This document shows, piece after piece, positions 50,492 to 60,055 of a stretch of DNA of 64,000 bases. Made by a program: the position numbers and the translations under genes. Origin of the DNA: Longimicrobiales bacterium (GTDB lineage: Bacteria; Gemmatimonadota; Gemmatimonadetes; Longimicrobiales; Gaopeijiaceae); NCBI GenBank assembly GCA_963664435.2, contig CAXXKM010000003.1:256001-320000 (forward strand). The letters run 5' to 3'. How positions within the stretch are numbered: the first letter of the stretch is position 1; every line of letters begins with the position of its first letter. Below the pieces are notes generated by a model. It did not search any database and was not told where the DNA came from. It saw only the letters and a list, made by a program, of their open reading frames with translations.

Positions 50492-51733
50492 ATGCAACTC
50501 TGGGAAGGCGTACGGCTGGCGCTGGGCTACATCCGCAGCGAGAAGCTGAAGAGCTTTTTCAGCCTCCTCGGCGTCATCGTCGGAATCATGTTCCTGATCG
50601 TGGTGGTCAGCATCGTCGAAGGAATCGACCGCTACATCCGGGAGGATTTCTCCTCGATGGTCTTCGGTGTGAACACCGTGACGCTCGAGCGGAGCAGACC
50701 CAACATCGTGGACGGCGACCCGGTCTCCCTGCGCCGCGCGGCCCGCCGCCCGCGCATCGAAATGGATGACGCGGACGCGATTCGCGAGCGGCTCGAGACG
50801 CCGGCCACGATCGCGGTCGAATCCATCGCTCAGGGGGAAGTAGAAGGTCCGGGAGGACTCAAGGTCGAGAACGTGCTCCTCTTCGGAGCCTCCGAGGAGA
50901 TCTTTACGATTCGTGCGTACGACATCGAGCGGGGCCGGCCGTTCTCCGCACAGGAAGCCGACCGCGGCGCAGCTGTCGTGGTTCTCGGCAAGAGCACGGC
51001 GGACCTGCTCTTCGAGGATGAGGAACCGGTCGGTGCGCAGGTGCGGATCCGGGATTTCCCCTTCCGCATCGTCGGAGTCATTGAGGAACAGGGTTCCATG
51101 TTGGGGCTGTCGCGTGACAACATGGTGCTTGCCCCGGCCCGTTCACCCATCCGGCGAATGGTGAATCCGCGAAATGTCGTCGACGGCGTCGTGATCCAGA
51201 CCGCGAGCCCCGAACTGCTGCGGGAGGCTACCTCGGAGACCGAGGGAATCATGCGCGCGCGCCACGGCCTCCGGCCCGGCGAGGAGAATGACTTCAACCT
51301 CGAGACCGCGGAAGAAGCGCTCAGCTTCTGGGACGACATCTCGCGCGTGCTCTTCGTGGCGCTACCCGGACTGGTCTCGATATCGCTGGTCGTGGGCGGC
51401 ATCGTGATCATGAACATCATGCTGGTCTCGGTCATGGAGCGGACCCGGGAAATCGGCGTGCGCAAGGCCATCGGTGCACGCCGGCGTGACATCGTGATCC
51501 AGGTGTTGATCGAGACGGCCACCCTGTCCGCGGTAGGCGCGCTGGTCGGCATCGGCATCGGAATCGCGCTCACCATGGTCGTTCGCGCCGTGTCGCCTCT
51601 GCCGGCGGCGGTGGCGCCCCATTGGATCGGGCTCGGTGTCGCGCTCGGGATAACGGTCGGGGTCGTGGCTGGCGTGTATCCGGCGGCGCGGGCCTCGAAG
51701 CTCAATCCGGTAGATGCACTGAGGTACGAGTGA
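50492..51733 (+). CDS. MacB/FtsX-type ABC permease (no nucleotide-binding domain)
   Basis: LLGVIVGI, VGGIVIMNIMLVSVMERTREIGVRKAIGA and YPAARASKLNPVDALRYE. Confidence 0.93.
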   Translation: MQLWEGVRLALGYIRSEKLKSFFSLLGVIVGIMFLIVVVSIVEGIDRYIREDFSSMVFGVNTVTLERSRPNIVDGDPVSLRRAARRPRIEMDDADAIRERLETPATIAVESIAQGEVEGPGGLKVENVLLFGASEEIFTIRAYDIERGRPFSAQEADRGAAVVVLGKSTADLLFEDEEPVGAQVRIRDFPFRIVGVIEEQGSMLGLSRDNMVLAPARSPIRRMVNPRNVVDGVVIQTASPELLREATSETEGIMRARHGLRPGEENDFNLETAEEALSFWDDISRVLFVALPGLVSISLVVGGIVIMNIMLVSVMERTREIGVRKAIGARRRDIVIQVLIETATLSAVGALVGIGIGIALTMVVRAVSPLPAAVAPHWIGLGVALGITVGVVAGVYPAARASKLNPVDALRYE

Positions 51734-53004
51734 TGAGAGCGCAGCTGAATACCGTCAAAGAGGGAATCCGCATCGCACTGGAGGCGATTCGCGCGACCAA
51801 GATTCGAGCCGGTCTGACCATCACCGGGGTGGCGATCGGGGTAGGCGTGGTCGTGACCATGGCCGCGATGATCACGGGGATCCGTTCGAGCATACTCTCG
51901 CCGTTCGAAGCCGGCGGAGCCGATAATTTCTATCTCACCCCCTTCGACTTCACGGATGTCCGTCTGGTCGGCGACGGCAGCGGTCGCCCGCCCTGGTGGG
52001 ATCGTCCGGAGCTGACCCACGAGGAGATCGACCGGATCGAGCGTCTCCCGGCCGTCTCCGAGGCGATCGTCAACTTCGAGTTCTCACCGACGTTCTCGTT
52101 CGAGGGGCGTCGGGTGCGGGCGTTCCAGGGCAACGGGATGTCCGCCGGTTGGACGGCCGCCCAACCGGGTGAGTTCATTGCGGGCCGCAACTTCGTGCCC
52201 ACCGAGGTCGACCAGGGCCGCGCCGTGGTGGTGATTTCACCCGGGCTGGCCGAGGAACTCTTCGGCCAGCGCGATCCCATTGGCAGGAACGTTCGGGTGA
52301 CGGCGGGAAGGCGGTCCGTCAGCCCCCTGTTCCGGGTAGTGGGGGTCTATCGGGCGGACGACAACATCTTCGCCGAGACCATCGATCACTGGGCGGTGTT
52401 CCCCTGGACCGCCGCTGAGAAGCGACTCAAGGCCAGGAATCGCTTCAACTTCCTCATGCTGACGATCGTGCCGCGAGAACTGTTCGGCCGGGAGCAGGCC
52501 AAGGATCAGGTCACCACGGTCCTGCGTTCCATGCGGGGGCTCGGTCCGGCCGACGACAACAACTTTGCCCTCGTCGAGTCCCAGCAGATCGTCGAGTCGT
52601 TCAACCAGCTTACCGCTGCCTTCTTCCTGGTGATGATCGCCCTTTCGTCGGTGGCGCTGTTGGTGGGAGGGATCGGCGTGATCGGGATCATGATGATCTC
52701 CGTGACCGAACGGACACGTGAGATCGGCATCCGCAAGGCGGTTGGCGCCACGCGAAACGAGATCCTCTGGCAGTTCCTGGTGGAGGCGTCGGTGCTGACC
52801 TTCCTGGGAGGGGCGCTCGGTCTGGCGCTGGGCGCGGGCCTCGCGGACTTCATCGAAGCCAGGACTCCGATTCCGGCGTCCATCCCCTTCTGGTCGATCA
52901 TCGCCGCGCTCACCTCCGCCATCGTGACGGGGATGCTGTTTGGCCTCTTCCCCGCCCTGCGGGGCGCACGCATGACGCCGGTCAGGGCGCTGCGCTTCGA
53001 ATAG
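51733..53004 (+). CDS. MacB/FtsX-type ABC permease (no nucleotide-binding domain)
   Basis: ATG at 51733 overlaps the upstream stop; VGGIGVIGIMMISVTERTREIGIRKAVGA and PVRALRFE. Confidence 0.93.
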   Translation: MRAQLNTVKEGIRIALEAIRATKIRAGLTITGVAIGVGVVVTMAAMITGIRSSILSPFEAGGADNFYLTPFDFTDVRLVGDGSGRPPWWDRPELTHEEIDRIERLPAVSEAIVNFEFSPTFSFEGRRVRAFQGNGMSAGWTAAQPGEFIAGRNFVPTEVDQGRAVVVISPGLAEELFGQRDPIGRNVRVTAGRRSVSPLFRVVGVYRADDNIFAETIDHWAVFPWTAAEKRLKARNRFNFLMLTIVPRELFGREQAKDQVTTVLRSMRGLGPADDNNFALVESQQIVESFNQLTAAFFLVMIALSSVALLVGGIGVIGIMMISVTERTREIGIRKAVGATRNEILWQFLVEASVLTFLGGALGLALGAGLADFIEARTPIPASIPFWSIIAALTSAIVTGMLFGLFPALRGARMTPVRALRFE

Positions 53005-53094
53005 GAGGGCTTCGGGGCGGCAGCCGGGCCGCGGTTGCGCGCCCGACCAGGCCTTCCACCTTCGCTTGACGGCGTTGGCCGGCCCGTCCGCGCA

Positions 53095-53466
53095 TCAGAT
53101 GGCCGGCAACGCGCCGGATGCGGCTTGCCCGTCTCCGCCGAGGCAGCGCACGTCCACCACCAGCCGCCGCCAGCTCGGCACGCGATCGTTCCCGACGCGA
53201 AGGGCCGTCGCCCGGGTGCGTCCGCCCGCCCGCAGCCAGGGGCCCAGCCAGCCGCAGATCTCGGGAGGCAGGTAGCCCACGGGATCGCCCGCGGGCAGAT
53301 GCACCCACACCACGGCCTGGCCGCCATCCGGCGGATCGGGGATGAGCACCAGCGCGTCGCCGGGGCTGAGGGCGTCGAGATGCCGGTCGCGGCCCGCGAA
53401 GACGGTCCCGTGGACGGTCGAGCGGAACCGCGCCGGCGGGCCCGCGGGAAGTCGTGCCTGGCTCAT
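53095..53466 (-). CDS. stand-alone HIRAN-domain protein
   Basis: STVHGTVF...LSPGDALVLIPDP...VWVH...VGYLPPEICGWLGPWL matches the HIRAN pattern. Confidence 0.7.
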   Translation of the reverse strand: MSQARLPAGPPARFRSTVHGTVFAGRDRHLDALSPGDALVLIPDPPDGGQAVVWVHLPAGDPVGYLPPEICGWLGPWLRAGGRTRATALRVGNDRVPSWRRLVVDVRCLGGDGQAASGALPAI

Positions 53467-53568
53467 CGGCGAGTCCCTGTTCGGATGCGCACCTTCAATC
53501 GAAACCCCGGGGCGGCTAAAGTTAGGCGCTGGAACTCATCCCGCCATCAGCAGCCGACACCGTCTCCG

Positions 53569-54741
53569 ATGGACCGCCCCGCCCTCTATTTCGACCACGC
53601 CGCCACAACGCCCCTGCGATCGGAGGCGCTGGACGCCATGCGTCCCCACCTTTCCGGCGCCTTCGGCAATCCGTCGAGCGCGCACCGGTGGGGGCGGCAG
53701 GCGCGCGCCGCCCTGGAGGGCGCACGGGCGGAATGCGCGCGCTCTCTCGGGGCCGAGCCGGCGGAGATCGCCTTCGTGCGGGGCGGCACCGAGGCCGACA
53801 ACATGGCCGTGCTGGGACGCGCCGCGGTCGCGGTGGCCGCGGGGGAACGGCCGCGCACGATCGCGACCAGAATTGAGCATTCCGCTGTACGGGAAGCGTG
53901 CGACGAGGTGGCCGCGCGCGGCGGGGAGAGCGTGCACGTCGACGTCGACCCGACGGGCGACCTCGAAGAGGCCGGGCTGGCGAACGCGCTGTCGCGGGGC
54001 GCGTGCGTGCTCTCGGTGATGTGGGTGAACAACGAGGTCGGCACGGTGCTGCCGGTCGCGCGCGTTGCGGCCCGGGCGCGGGCGGCGGGGGTGGTGGTGC
54101 ACTCCGACGCGGTCCAGGCGGTGGGCAAGGTGCCGGTGAACTTCGGCCGGGCCGGACTCGACCTGGCTTCGATGAGCGCGCACAAGATCGGCGGACCCCG
54201 GGGGGTGGGGCTGCTCTACCGCCGCCGCGGCGTGGAGCTCGCCCCCCTTCTCTTCGGAGGCGGGCAGGAGCGGCGGCTGCGGCCCGGGACGGAGGACGTG
54301 GCGGGGGCGGTGGGTCTGGCGAAAGCGCTCACCCTGGCGGTTGAGGAACAAACCGAGGAAGCGGAGCGGCTGGCAGTGGAGCGCGACCGCCTCCAGGCAG
54401 CCATCGTCGATGCGCTCCCCGGCACGCGCGTGTTCGGCGCGGAAGGCCAGCGAGCTCCTCACCTGCTCAACCTTGGGTTCCCCGGGCTGGACGCCGCGCC
54501 TCTGGTGATCGCTTTCGACCTGGCGGGAGTGGCCGTATCCGGCGGATCGGCCTGCGCGTCCGGGAGCACCACCACCAGCCCGGTGCTGCGCGCCCTCTAT
54601 GGCGACGGGGCAGAGGGCCTGGCTTCCGTGCGCTTCAGCCTGGGTCGCACCACCACCTCCGCGGAGGTCAGCGAGGCCGCGCGCCGGACCATCGAGATCG
54701 TGAACCGCGCCCGCGCGCTCGCCGGCGCACGAGGAGGTTGA
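53569..54741 (+). CDS. iscS: cysteine desulfurase (NifS/IscS class I)
   Basis: YFDHAATTP, GNPSS, NNEVG, HSDAVQA, SAHKIGGPRG and SGGSAC. Confidence 0.92.
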   Translation: MDRPALYFDHAATTPLRSEALDAMRPHLSGAFGNPSSAHRWGRQARAALEGARAECARSLGAEPAEIAFVRGGTEADNMAVLGRAAVAVAAGERPRTIATRIEHSAVREACDEVAARGGESVHVDVDPTGDLEEAGLANALSRGACVLSVMWVNNEVGTVLPVARVAARARAAGVVVHSDAVQAVGKVPVNFGRAGLDLASMSAHKIGGPRGVGLLYRRRGVELAPLLFGGGQERRLRPGTEDVAGAVGLAKALTLAVEEQTEEAERLAVERDRLQAAIVDALPGTRVFGAEGQRAPHLLNLGFPGLDAAPLVIAFDLAGVAVSGGSACASGSTTTSPVLRALYGDGAEGLASVRFSLGRTTTSAEVSEAARRTIEIVNRARALAGARGG

Positions 54742-54743
54742 GG

Positions 54744-55904
54744 ATGTCCGCCGAGCGGATCCTGGTGGCCATGTCCGGAGGGGTCGACTCCTCGGTGGCG
54801 GCCGCGCTGCTGGCCGAGCAGGGGCACCAGCTCATCGGCGCGACCATGAAGACCTTCTGCTACCAGGAGGAGCCGGGACCGTCGCGCACCTGCTGCGGGC
54901 TCGACGGCATCATGGACGCGCGCCGGGTCGCCGACGCGCTGGGCATCCCCCACTACGTCTTCGACGTGGAGGAGGAGTTCACCCGCGACGTCATCGACGA
55001 TTTCGTCTCGGAGTACGCGCGCGGTCGCACACCCAACCCCTGCGTCCGGTGCAATTCCAACACCAAGTTCCGGGATCTTCTGCGACGGGGGGCGCTGCTC
55101 GGGTGCGATGCCGTGGCTTCCGGGCACTACGTGCGGGCCGGAGTCGTGGACGGCGAGACGGCTCTCTTCCGGGGACGCGACCCGGCCAAGGACCAGTCCT
55201 ACTTCCTGTGGGGCCTGCCCCGCGCGCTGTTGCCCCGCCTGAGGTTCCCGCTGGGCGAACTCACCAAGCCCGAGGTGCGCGCCCGTGCCCGCGAACTCCG
55301 CCTCGTCACCGCGGCCAAGCCCGAGTCGCAGGAGATCTGCTTCGTGCCCACCGGTGACTACCGCGACCTGCTGCGGCGCCGGCTCGGCGAGCGCCACGAC
55401 GCGCTCCGGCCCGGCAATCTGGTGGACACCCGTGGGCGGGTCGTGGGCCGCCACCAGGGCTACGCTTCCTTCACCGTGGGCCAGCGCCGCGGACTGGGCG
55501 GTGGCTTTGACCGCAGGGTGTACGTGGTCGAAATCCGTCCGGGCACGCGGGAGGTGGTGGTGGGCGCGAGAGAGGCGCTGGAGTGCCGCGAGCTGCGGGT
55601 CGGCGAACTCAACTGGCTCACGGCCCGGCCACCGTCTGACGGAACCGTCGTGCGCGCACAGCTGCGCTACCGGGCCCCGGCGGTGCCCGGCCGCGTTCAG
55701 CACGCCGGCAACGGTCTCGAGCTCGAACTGGAGGAGCCGGTGCTCGCGGTCACGCCCGGGCAGTCGGCGGTCTTCTTCGACGGAACCGGCCGGATCCTCG
55801 GCGGCGGACGCATCGCCACCGCGGCCATGGCGGGCGGAACCGCGGATGGACTCGCGGAGGCCGCCGCCGGCCGCGCGCGGGCGGATCGGCCCGCTCTTCG
55901 TTAG
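54744..55904 (+). CDS. mnmA: tRNA 2-thiouridine(34) synthase
   Basis: GAGGAGG RBS; AMSGGVDSS, TPNPCVRCN, KDQSYFL, ESQEICF, TVGQRRGL and TPGQ. Confidence 0.97.
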   Translation: MSAERILVAMSGGVDSSVAAALLAEQGHQLIGATMKTFCYQEEPGPSRTCCGLDGIMDARRVADALGIPHYVFDVEEEFTRDVIDDFVSEYARGRTPNPCVRCNSNTKFRDLLRRGALLGCDAVASGHYVRAGVVDGETALFRGRDPAKDQSYFLWGLPRALLPRLRFPLGELTKPEVRARARELRLVTAAKPESQEICFVPTGDYRDLLRRRLGERHDALRPGNLVDTRGRVVGRHQGYASFTVGQRRGLGGGFDRRVYVVEIRPGTREVVVGAREALECRELRVGELNWLTARPPSDGTVVRAQLRYRAPAVPGRVQHAGNGLELELEEPVLAVTPGQSAVFFDGTGRILGGGRIATAAMAGGTADGLAEAAAGRARADRPALR

Positions 55905-55972
55905 CGGATCGGCTGGACGCGGGACGAACCCGCCCCCGAGTTCCCGGGGTCGGTCAGCAGGCACCCCCCGCG

Positions 55973-56206
55973 TCAGTCCAGCGGTTGGGCCCCCTCCAGC
56001 AGCCGGAGCAGTTCGTCATCGTTCGCGCCGTTGACGAGAGCCTCCGCTCCGGCCTTCCCCGCCGGAATCTCCGCGACCCTCGCGCGCCTGGCGGGATCCG
56101 AACAGCAGCGGAAGACCACGCGCCCGGGGTGCGCGAGCCCGTGGCGGCCGGTGGTGGCGAAGGCTTCCCACCTGCGAAACGATCCGTCGCGAATCATGCG
56201 CTGCAT
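55973..56206 (-). CDS. small hypothetical protein
   Basis: 77 aa ORF 10 nt downstream of dnaJ on the same strand; protein-like composition (…ANDDELLRLLEGAQPLD). Confidence 0.6.
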   Translation of the reverse strand: MQRMIRDGSFRRWEAFATTGRHGLAHPGRVVFRCCSDPARRARVAEIPAGKAGAEALVNGANDDELLRLLEGAQPLD

Positions 56207-56216
56207 CTGATGACGC

Positions 56217-57332
56217 TCAGTAGTTGAGGTCGGCGACTTCCGCGAACTGGCGGATGGCTTCCCGGGCGTCGTCCGAAAGGGCCTCCGGGACCTCGACCTG
56301 GATTTCGACGATCTGATCGCCTACGCGCGACCCCTTCCGGATCCCGTGTCCACGCACGCGAAACCGCGCGCCCGGCTGGGTGCCGGCCGGGATCTTGAGC
56401 ACGACCCTCTTGCCGTGCACGGTCCTGACCCGAATGCGGGTACCCATGGTGGCCTGCGCGATGTTCAGGGGCACCGTGACGTGGATGTCCCGCCCCTCCC
56501 GCCGGAAGAATCGATGCGGCTTCACCTTGAAGGTGATGATCAGGTCGCCCGGAGCCCCTCCCCTGGCGCCGCGCTCGCCCTGGCCGCTCAACCGCACCCG
56601 GGAGCCCGTGTCCACGCCCCGCGGCACGGCAACCTCGATCTTGCGGTTCTGGCGCAGCGTTCCCGTCCCCTTGCAGGCGTCACACGGATCGGTGGGAATC
56701 CTGCCCCGCCCCAGACACGCCGGGCAGGGTCGCTTCACCGCGAATCCACCCTGTCCGAAGGAGACGGTGCCCGCTCCGGAGCACTCCTTGCAGCGGGTGG
56801 TGACGGTTCCCGGCCGGGCCCCGTTGCCGCCGCAGGTGGCGCACTCCTCGGTCATGGGCACGGTGATGGTGACGCGCCCGCCCGTCACCGCCACCTCGAA
56901 GTCGATGTCCACCACGTACTCGACCTCGTTGCCCTTGCGCGGGCCGGTGGAGGTCTCCCGGGTGGCCTTTCGGCCTCCGCGGTCGAAAATGGAGCCGAAG
57001 AGGTCGCCGAGCCCGCCCAGATCGTCGAAGGAGAATCCCTGCCCGGTCCCCGCCGGCCCGGCGCCCGGGGACGGCGGCCCCCGCCGGTTGCCGCCCAGGC
57101 CAAAGGCGCCCAGACGCCGCATCTGGTCGTACTGCTTGCGCTTGGCGGAGTCGGAGAGGACCGCGTAGGCCTCGCCTACCTCCTTGAACCGCTCGGACGC
57201 CGACGAATCGCCCTGGTTGGCGTCCGGATGGTATCGCTTCGCCAGCCGGCGATACGCCTTCTTGATCTCCTCGGGCGTCGCCTTCTCCGAGACGCCCAGG
57301 GCTTTGTAGTAGTCCTTCGTCGCCGGCGACAT
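56217..57332 (-). CDS. dnaJ: molecular chaperone DnaJ
   Basis: Start MSPATKDYY at 57332; HPD motif; G/F region; four CxxCxGxG repeats. Confidence 0.97.
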   Translation of the reverse strand: MSPATKDYYKALGVSEKATPEEIKKAYRRLAKRYHPDANQGDSSASERFKEVGEAYAVLSDSAKRKQYDQMRRLGAFGLGGNRRGPPSPGAGPAGTGQGFSFDDLGGLGDLFGSIFDRGGRKATRETSTGPRKGNEVEYVVDIDFEVAVTGGRVTITVPMTEECATCGGNGARPGTVTTRCKECSGAGTVSFGQGGFAVKRPCPACLGRGRIPTDPCDACKGTGTLRQNRKIEVAVPRGVDTGSRVRLSGQGERGARGGAPGDLIITFKVKPHRFFRREGRDIHVTVPLNIAQATMGTRIRVRTVHGKRVVLKIPAGTQPGARFRVRGHGIRKGSRVGDQIVEIQVEVPEALSDDAREAIRQFAEVADLNY

Positions 57333-57346
57333 CGACCGCGGCCGCT

Positions 57347-58096
57347 CTAGTCGTGCTTGCGCACGCTGACGCGCGCGGGCCGCACCAGGTGGCCCTCCAG
57401 CAGGTATCCCCGCTGCAGCACCATGTCCACCGTGTCGTCTTCCTCCTCCGAGGAGGCGGGGGCCATCATGACGGCCTCCATGACGTTCGGATCGAAGTCT
57501 TCGCCGGCCGGGTCGAGCACCTCGAGACCCGCATCCGCAAGCGCCCGCAGCAGCTTCCGTTCCACCAGGTCGACGCCCTCCACGATGTCCTGCACGGACG
57601 CGGTCTTCGGATCCAGCAGGGCGACCCGCTGAAGGTCGTCGACCGAATCCACCAGGCGCCGAACCAGGTCCGCCTGGGCGCGCGCCCAGGTTTCCCGCTT
57701 CTCGGCACGAACTCTCTTGCGATAGTTCTCGAATTCCGCCGCGAGACGCAGATGGCGGTCGTTGAGACGGTCGATCTCGCGTTCGAGATGCCCCCTGGGC
57801 CGGCCGGACCCGTCCGGGGCGTCCGCCAGGGGTTCGTCCCCGTCCGGGGAGTTCGCCGCGGGTTCGTCTTCGCCCCGGGAGTCCGCCGCGGGTTCGTCGT
57901 CGGCCCGGCACGCTTTTCCGTCGGCTTCGTCCCGCAGACCGCTCTCCGCGGAACCGTCATCCCGGGAAGTCTCGGGTCCGGGGGCATCGGCCCGGGCGAC
58001 ATTCGGCGATGCGCTCGGCTCGAATTCATCCCGCAGGTGCTTGGAACCGGCTTCGGACGCCTGGTCAATGTGGTTGTCAGAGGTGTTCGGGCTCAT
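57347..58096 (-). CDS. grpE: nucleotide exchange factor GrpE
   Basis: [21 protein letters not shown] and [16 protein letters not shown]. Start MSPNT at 58096. Confidence 0.95.
   Translation of the reverse strand: MSPNTSDNHIDQASEAGSKHLRDEFEPSASPNVARADAPGPETSRDDGSAESGLRDEADGKACRADDEPAADSRGEDEPAANSPDGDEPLADAPDGSGRPRGHLEREIDRLNDRHLRLAAEFENYRKRVRAEKRETWARAQADLVRRLVDSVDDLQRVALLDPKTASVQDIVEGVDLVERKLLRALADAGLEVLDPAGEDFDPNVMEAVMMAPASSEEEDDTVDMVLQRGYLLEGHLVRPARVSVRKHD
57811..57900. repeat. three imperfect 30-nt tandem repeats inside grpE
   Basis: cgtccggggcgtccgccaggggttcgtccc / cgtccggggagttcgccgcgggttcgtctt / cgccccgggagtccgccgcgggttcgtcgt, encoding [14 protein letters not shown] units. Confidence 0.85.
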
Positions 58097-58401
58097 CTCT
58101 CTCGATTCGAGTTGAGGCGTCGATTGCGCTTCGGGTTCGCAAGGATACCCCGGTACCGAACGAGATGTCCAGTGGGCCGGTTTTGCGCCACCCCGGGGGA
58201 CCGACCAGCGTTCCAGAGGGTAGATTCCGGCATTCTCCCCGGACAGTGTCCGTTCGTCCGGGAGCACGAACGTTATGACGGCGGAGGGAGGGAGGGCGTG
58301 GCACGTCGCGCCGGCGCGGAATCGCAGGTCGGGCCGAACGAGGAGCGTGGAGATGCGGAGAGCGCGTGGCGGCGGGTGACCGGCGCGTTCAACCGGGTGC
58401 C

Positions 58402-59112
58402 GTGACCGACCCTGCCCCCCGCATCGTGATCCTCGGATCCGGTCGGATGGGCCGGTCGATCGACGCGCTTGCGCGATCGCAGCGTTTCGACGTGCTGGCG
58501 CGGCTGGGGCGCCGTGATGTGGAATCGCGCCGGGCGGCGGCCCGGGACCGCCTCGCCGGCGCCGATGTCGCGCTCGAATTCACCGCGCCCGCGTCGGCGG
58601 CCTCCAACATTCGTTTGTGCGTGGAGGCGGGGTGTCCCGTCGTCTCGGGCACGACCGGATGGTCCGACCAGCTGCCCGCGGTCACCGCCCTGGTGAAGGA
58701 ACGCGGAGGGGCTCTGTTGTGGGCCCCCAACTTCTCCTTCGGGGCGGTCGCCCTCCAGCTGCTGGCGCACCGAGCGGGCGCACTCTTCGCCGGCGTCGGC
58801 GGCTTCGACACGCACGTGGTGGAAACCCATCACGCCGGCAAGCTGGACGCCCCGTCCGGCACGGCCATCGCCATCGAAACATCGCTGGGAGAGGGGCTGG
58901 GGCGGAACTCGCCCGTGACATCGATCCGCACCGGGCACGTTCCCGGCACACACGAAATATCGATCGACGGTCCCCGCGAACGACTCGTCCTGCGCCACGA
59001 AGCCCGCGACCGCGGCGTGTTCGCGGAGGGCGCGCTGCGGGCAGCGGCGTGGCTGGTCGGTCGCAGGGGCGTCTACACCATGCGAGACCTTCTCGCGGGA
59101 GAGGCAGGGTGA
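58402..59112 (+). CDS. dapB: 4-hydroxy-tetrahydrodipicolinate reductase
   Basis: ILGSGRMG, VSGTTGW, APNFS, ETHHAGKLDAPSGTA and FAEGAL. Start 58366 or 58402. Confidence 0.95.
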   Translation: MTDPAPRIVILGSGRMGRSIDALARSQRFDVLARLGRRDVESRRAAARDRLAGADVALEFTAPASAASNIRLCVEAGCPVVSGTTGWSDQLPAVTALVKERGGALLWAPNFSFGAVALQLLAHRAGALFAGVGGFDTHVVETHHAGKLDAPSGTAIAIETSLGEGLGRNSPVTSIRTGHVPGTHEISIDGPRERLVLRHEARDRGVFAEGALRAAAWLVGRRGVYTMRDLLAGEAG

Positions 59113-59996
59113 AACACGAGATGCTCGGAGGATGCGGAACGGCGCTGGTGACGCCGTTCCGGGAATCGGGGGAGGTGGACGAGGCGGCGCTGCGGTCGCT
59201 GGTCGACTGGCAGATCGAACAGGGCGTCAACTTCCTGGTGCCGGCGGGCTCCACCGGGGAAACGGCGACGCTGTCGGTCGAGGAGCATGAACGGGTGGTG
59301 GCGGTCACCGTCGAGCAGGCCGCCGGACGCGTCCCCGTCATGGGGGGAGCGGGATCGAACAATACGGCCGAGGCGATCGAGCTCTCGCTCAGGATCGCGT
59401 CGACGGGCGTCACCCACCTCATGCACGTCTCGCCCCCGTACAACCGCCCGCAGCAGCGCGGGCTGATCGAGCACTTCACCGCAGTCGCCGACGCGGCGCC
59501 CTGCCCGGTCGTGCTCTACAACGTCCCGGGGCGCACGGGCAGCAACATCGCCGCCGCCACCACCCTGGCGCTGGCCGAACACCCCAACATCGTGGGGACC
59601 AAGGAAGCCGCGGGCAGCTGCAGCCAAGTCGCGGAGATCGCCCGCCACCGGCCGGCCGGATTCGCGCTGCTGTCGGGGGACGATTACATGACGGTCCCGT
59701 TCATGGCGCTCGGCGCCGACGGGGTGGTCTCGGTGGTCAGCAACGCCACCCCGCGCCCCATGTCCGAGCTGGCGGGCGCAATGGCGTGCGGCGATCTGCG
59801 GCGCGCGCGGTCCCTGCACTACCGCCTCGCCGACTGGATGCGGGTGGCGTTCGTGGAGTCGAACCCGGTTCCGGTCAAGGCGGCGCTGGGCATGATGGGC
59901 CGCATGCATCCCCGGGTCCGGCTGCCCCTCGCCCCGCTCGCCGAGGCCAATCGCGAGGCGGTCAGGGCGGCCGTGCGGGCCGCGGAGGGGACATGA
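59109..59996 (+). CDS. dapA: 4-hydroxy-tetrahydrodipicolinate synthase
   Basis: TALVTPF, GSTGE, LYNVPGRT, GTKEA, SGDD and ESNPVPVK. GTG overlaps the dapB stop. Confidence 0.96.
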   Translation: MKHEMLGGCGTALVTPFRESGEVDEAALRSLVDWQIEQGVNFLVPAGSTGETATLSVEEHERVVAVTVEQAAGRVPVMGGAGSNNTAEAIELSLRIASTGVTHLMHVSPPYNRPQQRGLIEHFTAVADAAPCPVVLYNVPGRTGSNIAAATTLALAEHPNIVGTKEAAGSCSQVAEIARHRPAGFALLSGDDYMTVPFMALGADGVVSVVSNATPRPMSELAGAMACGDLRRARSLHYRLADWMRVAFVESNPVPVKAALGMMGRMHPRVRLPLAPLAEANREAVRAAVRAAEGT

Positions 59997-60055
59997 GCCC
60001 GATGCAGGAGCGCATGAGCCCATGGCAGGAGCGCATGAGTCCATTGCAGGAGCGC
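59993..60055 (+). repeat. three 21-nt tandem repeats at the dapD 5' end
   Basis: atgagcccgatgcaggagcgc / atgagcccatggcaggagcgc / atgagtccattgcaggagcgc, encoding MSP(M/W/L)QER three times. Confidence 0.9.

Noticed and set aside
58097..58401. Possible lysine riboswitch before dapB or CIRCE element before grpE
   Set aside because: Neither the lysine riboswitch core nor TTAGCACTC-N9-GAGTGCTAA is present.
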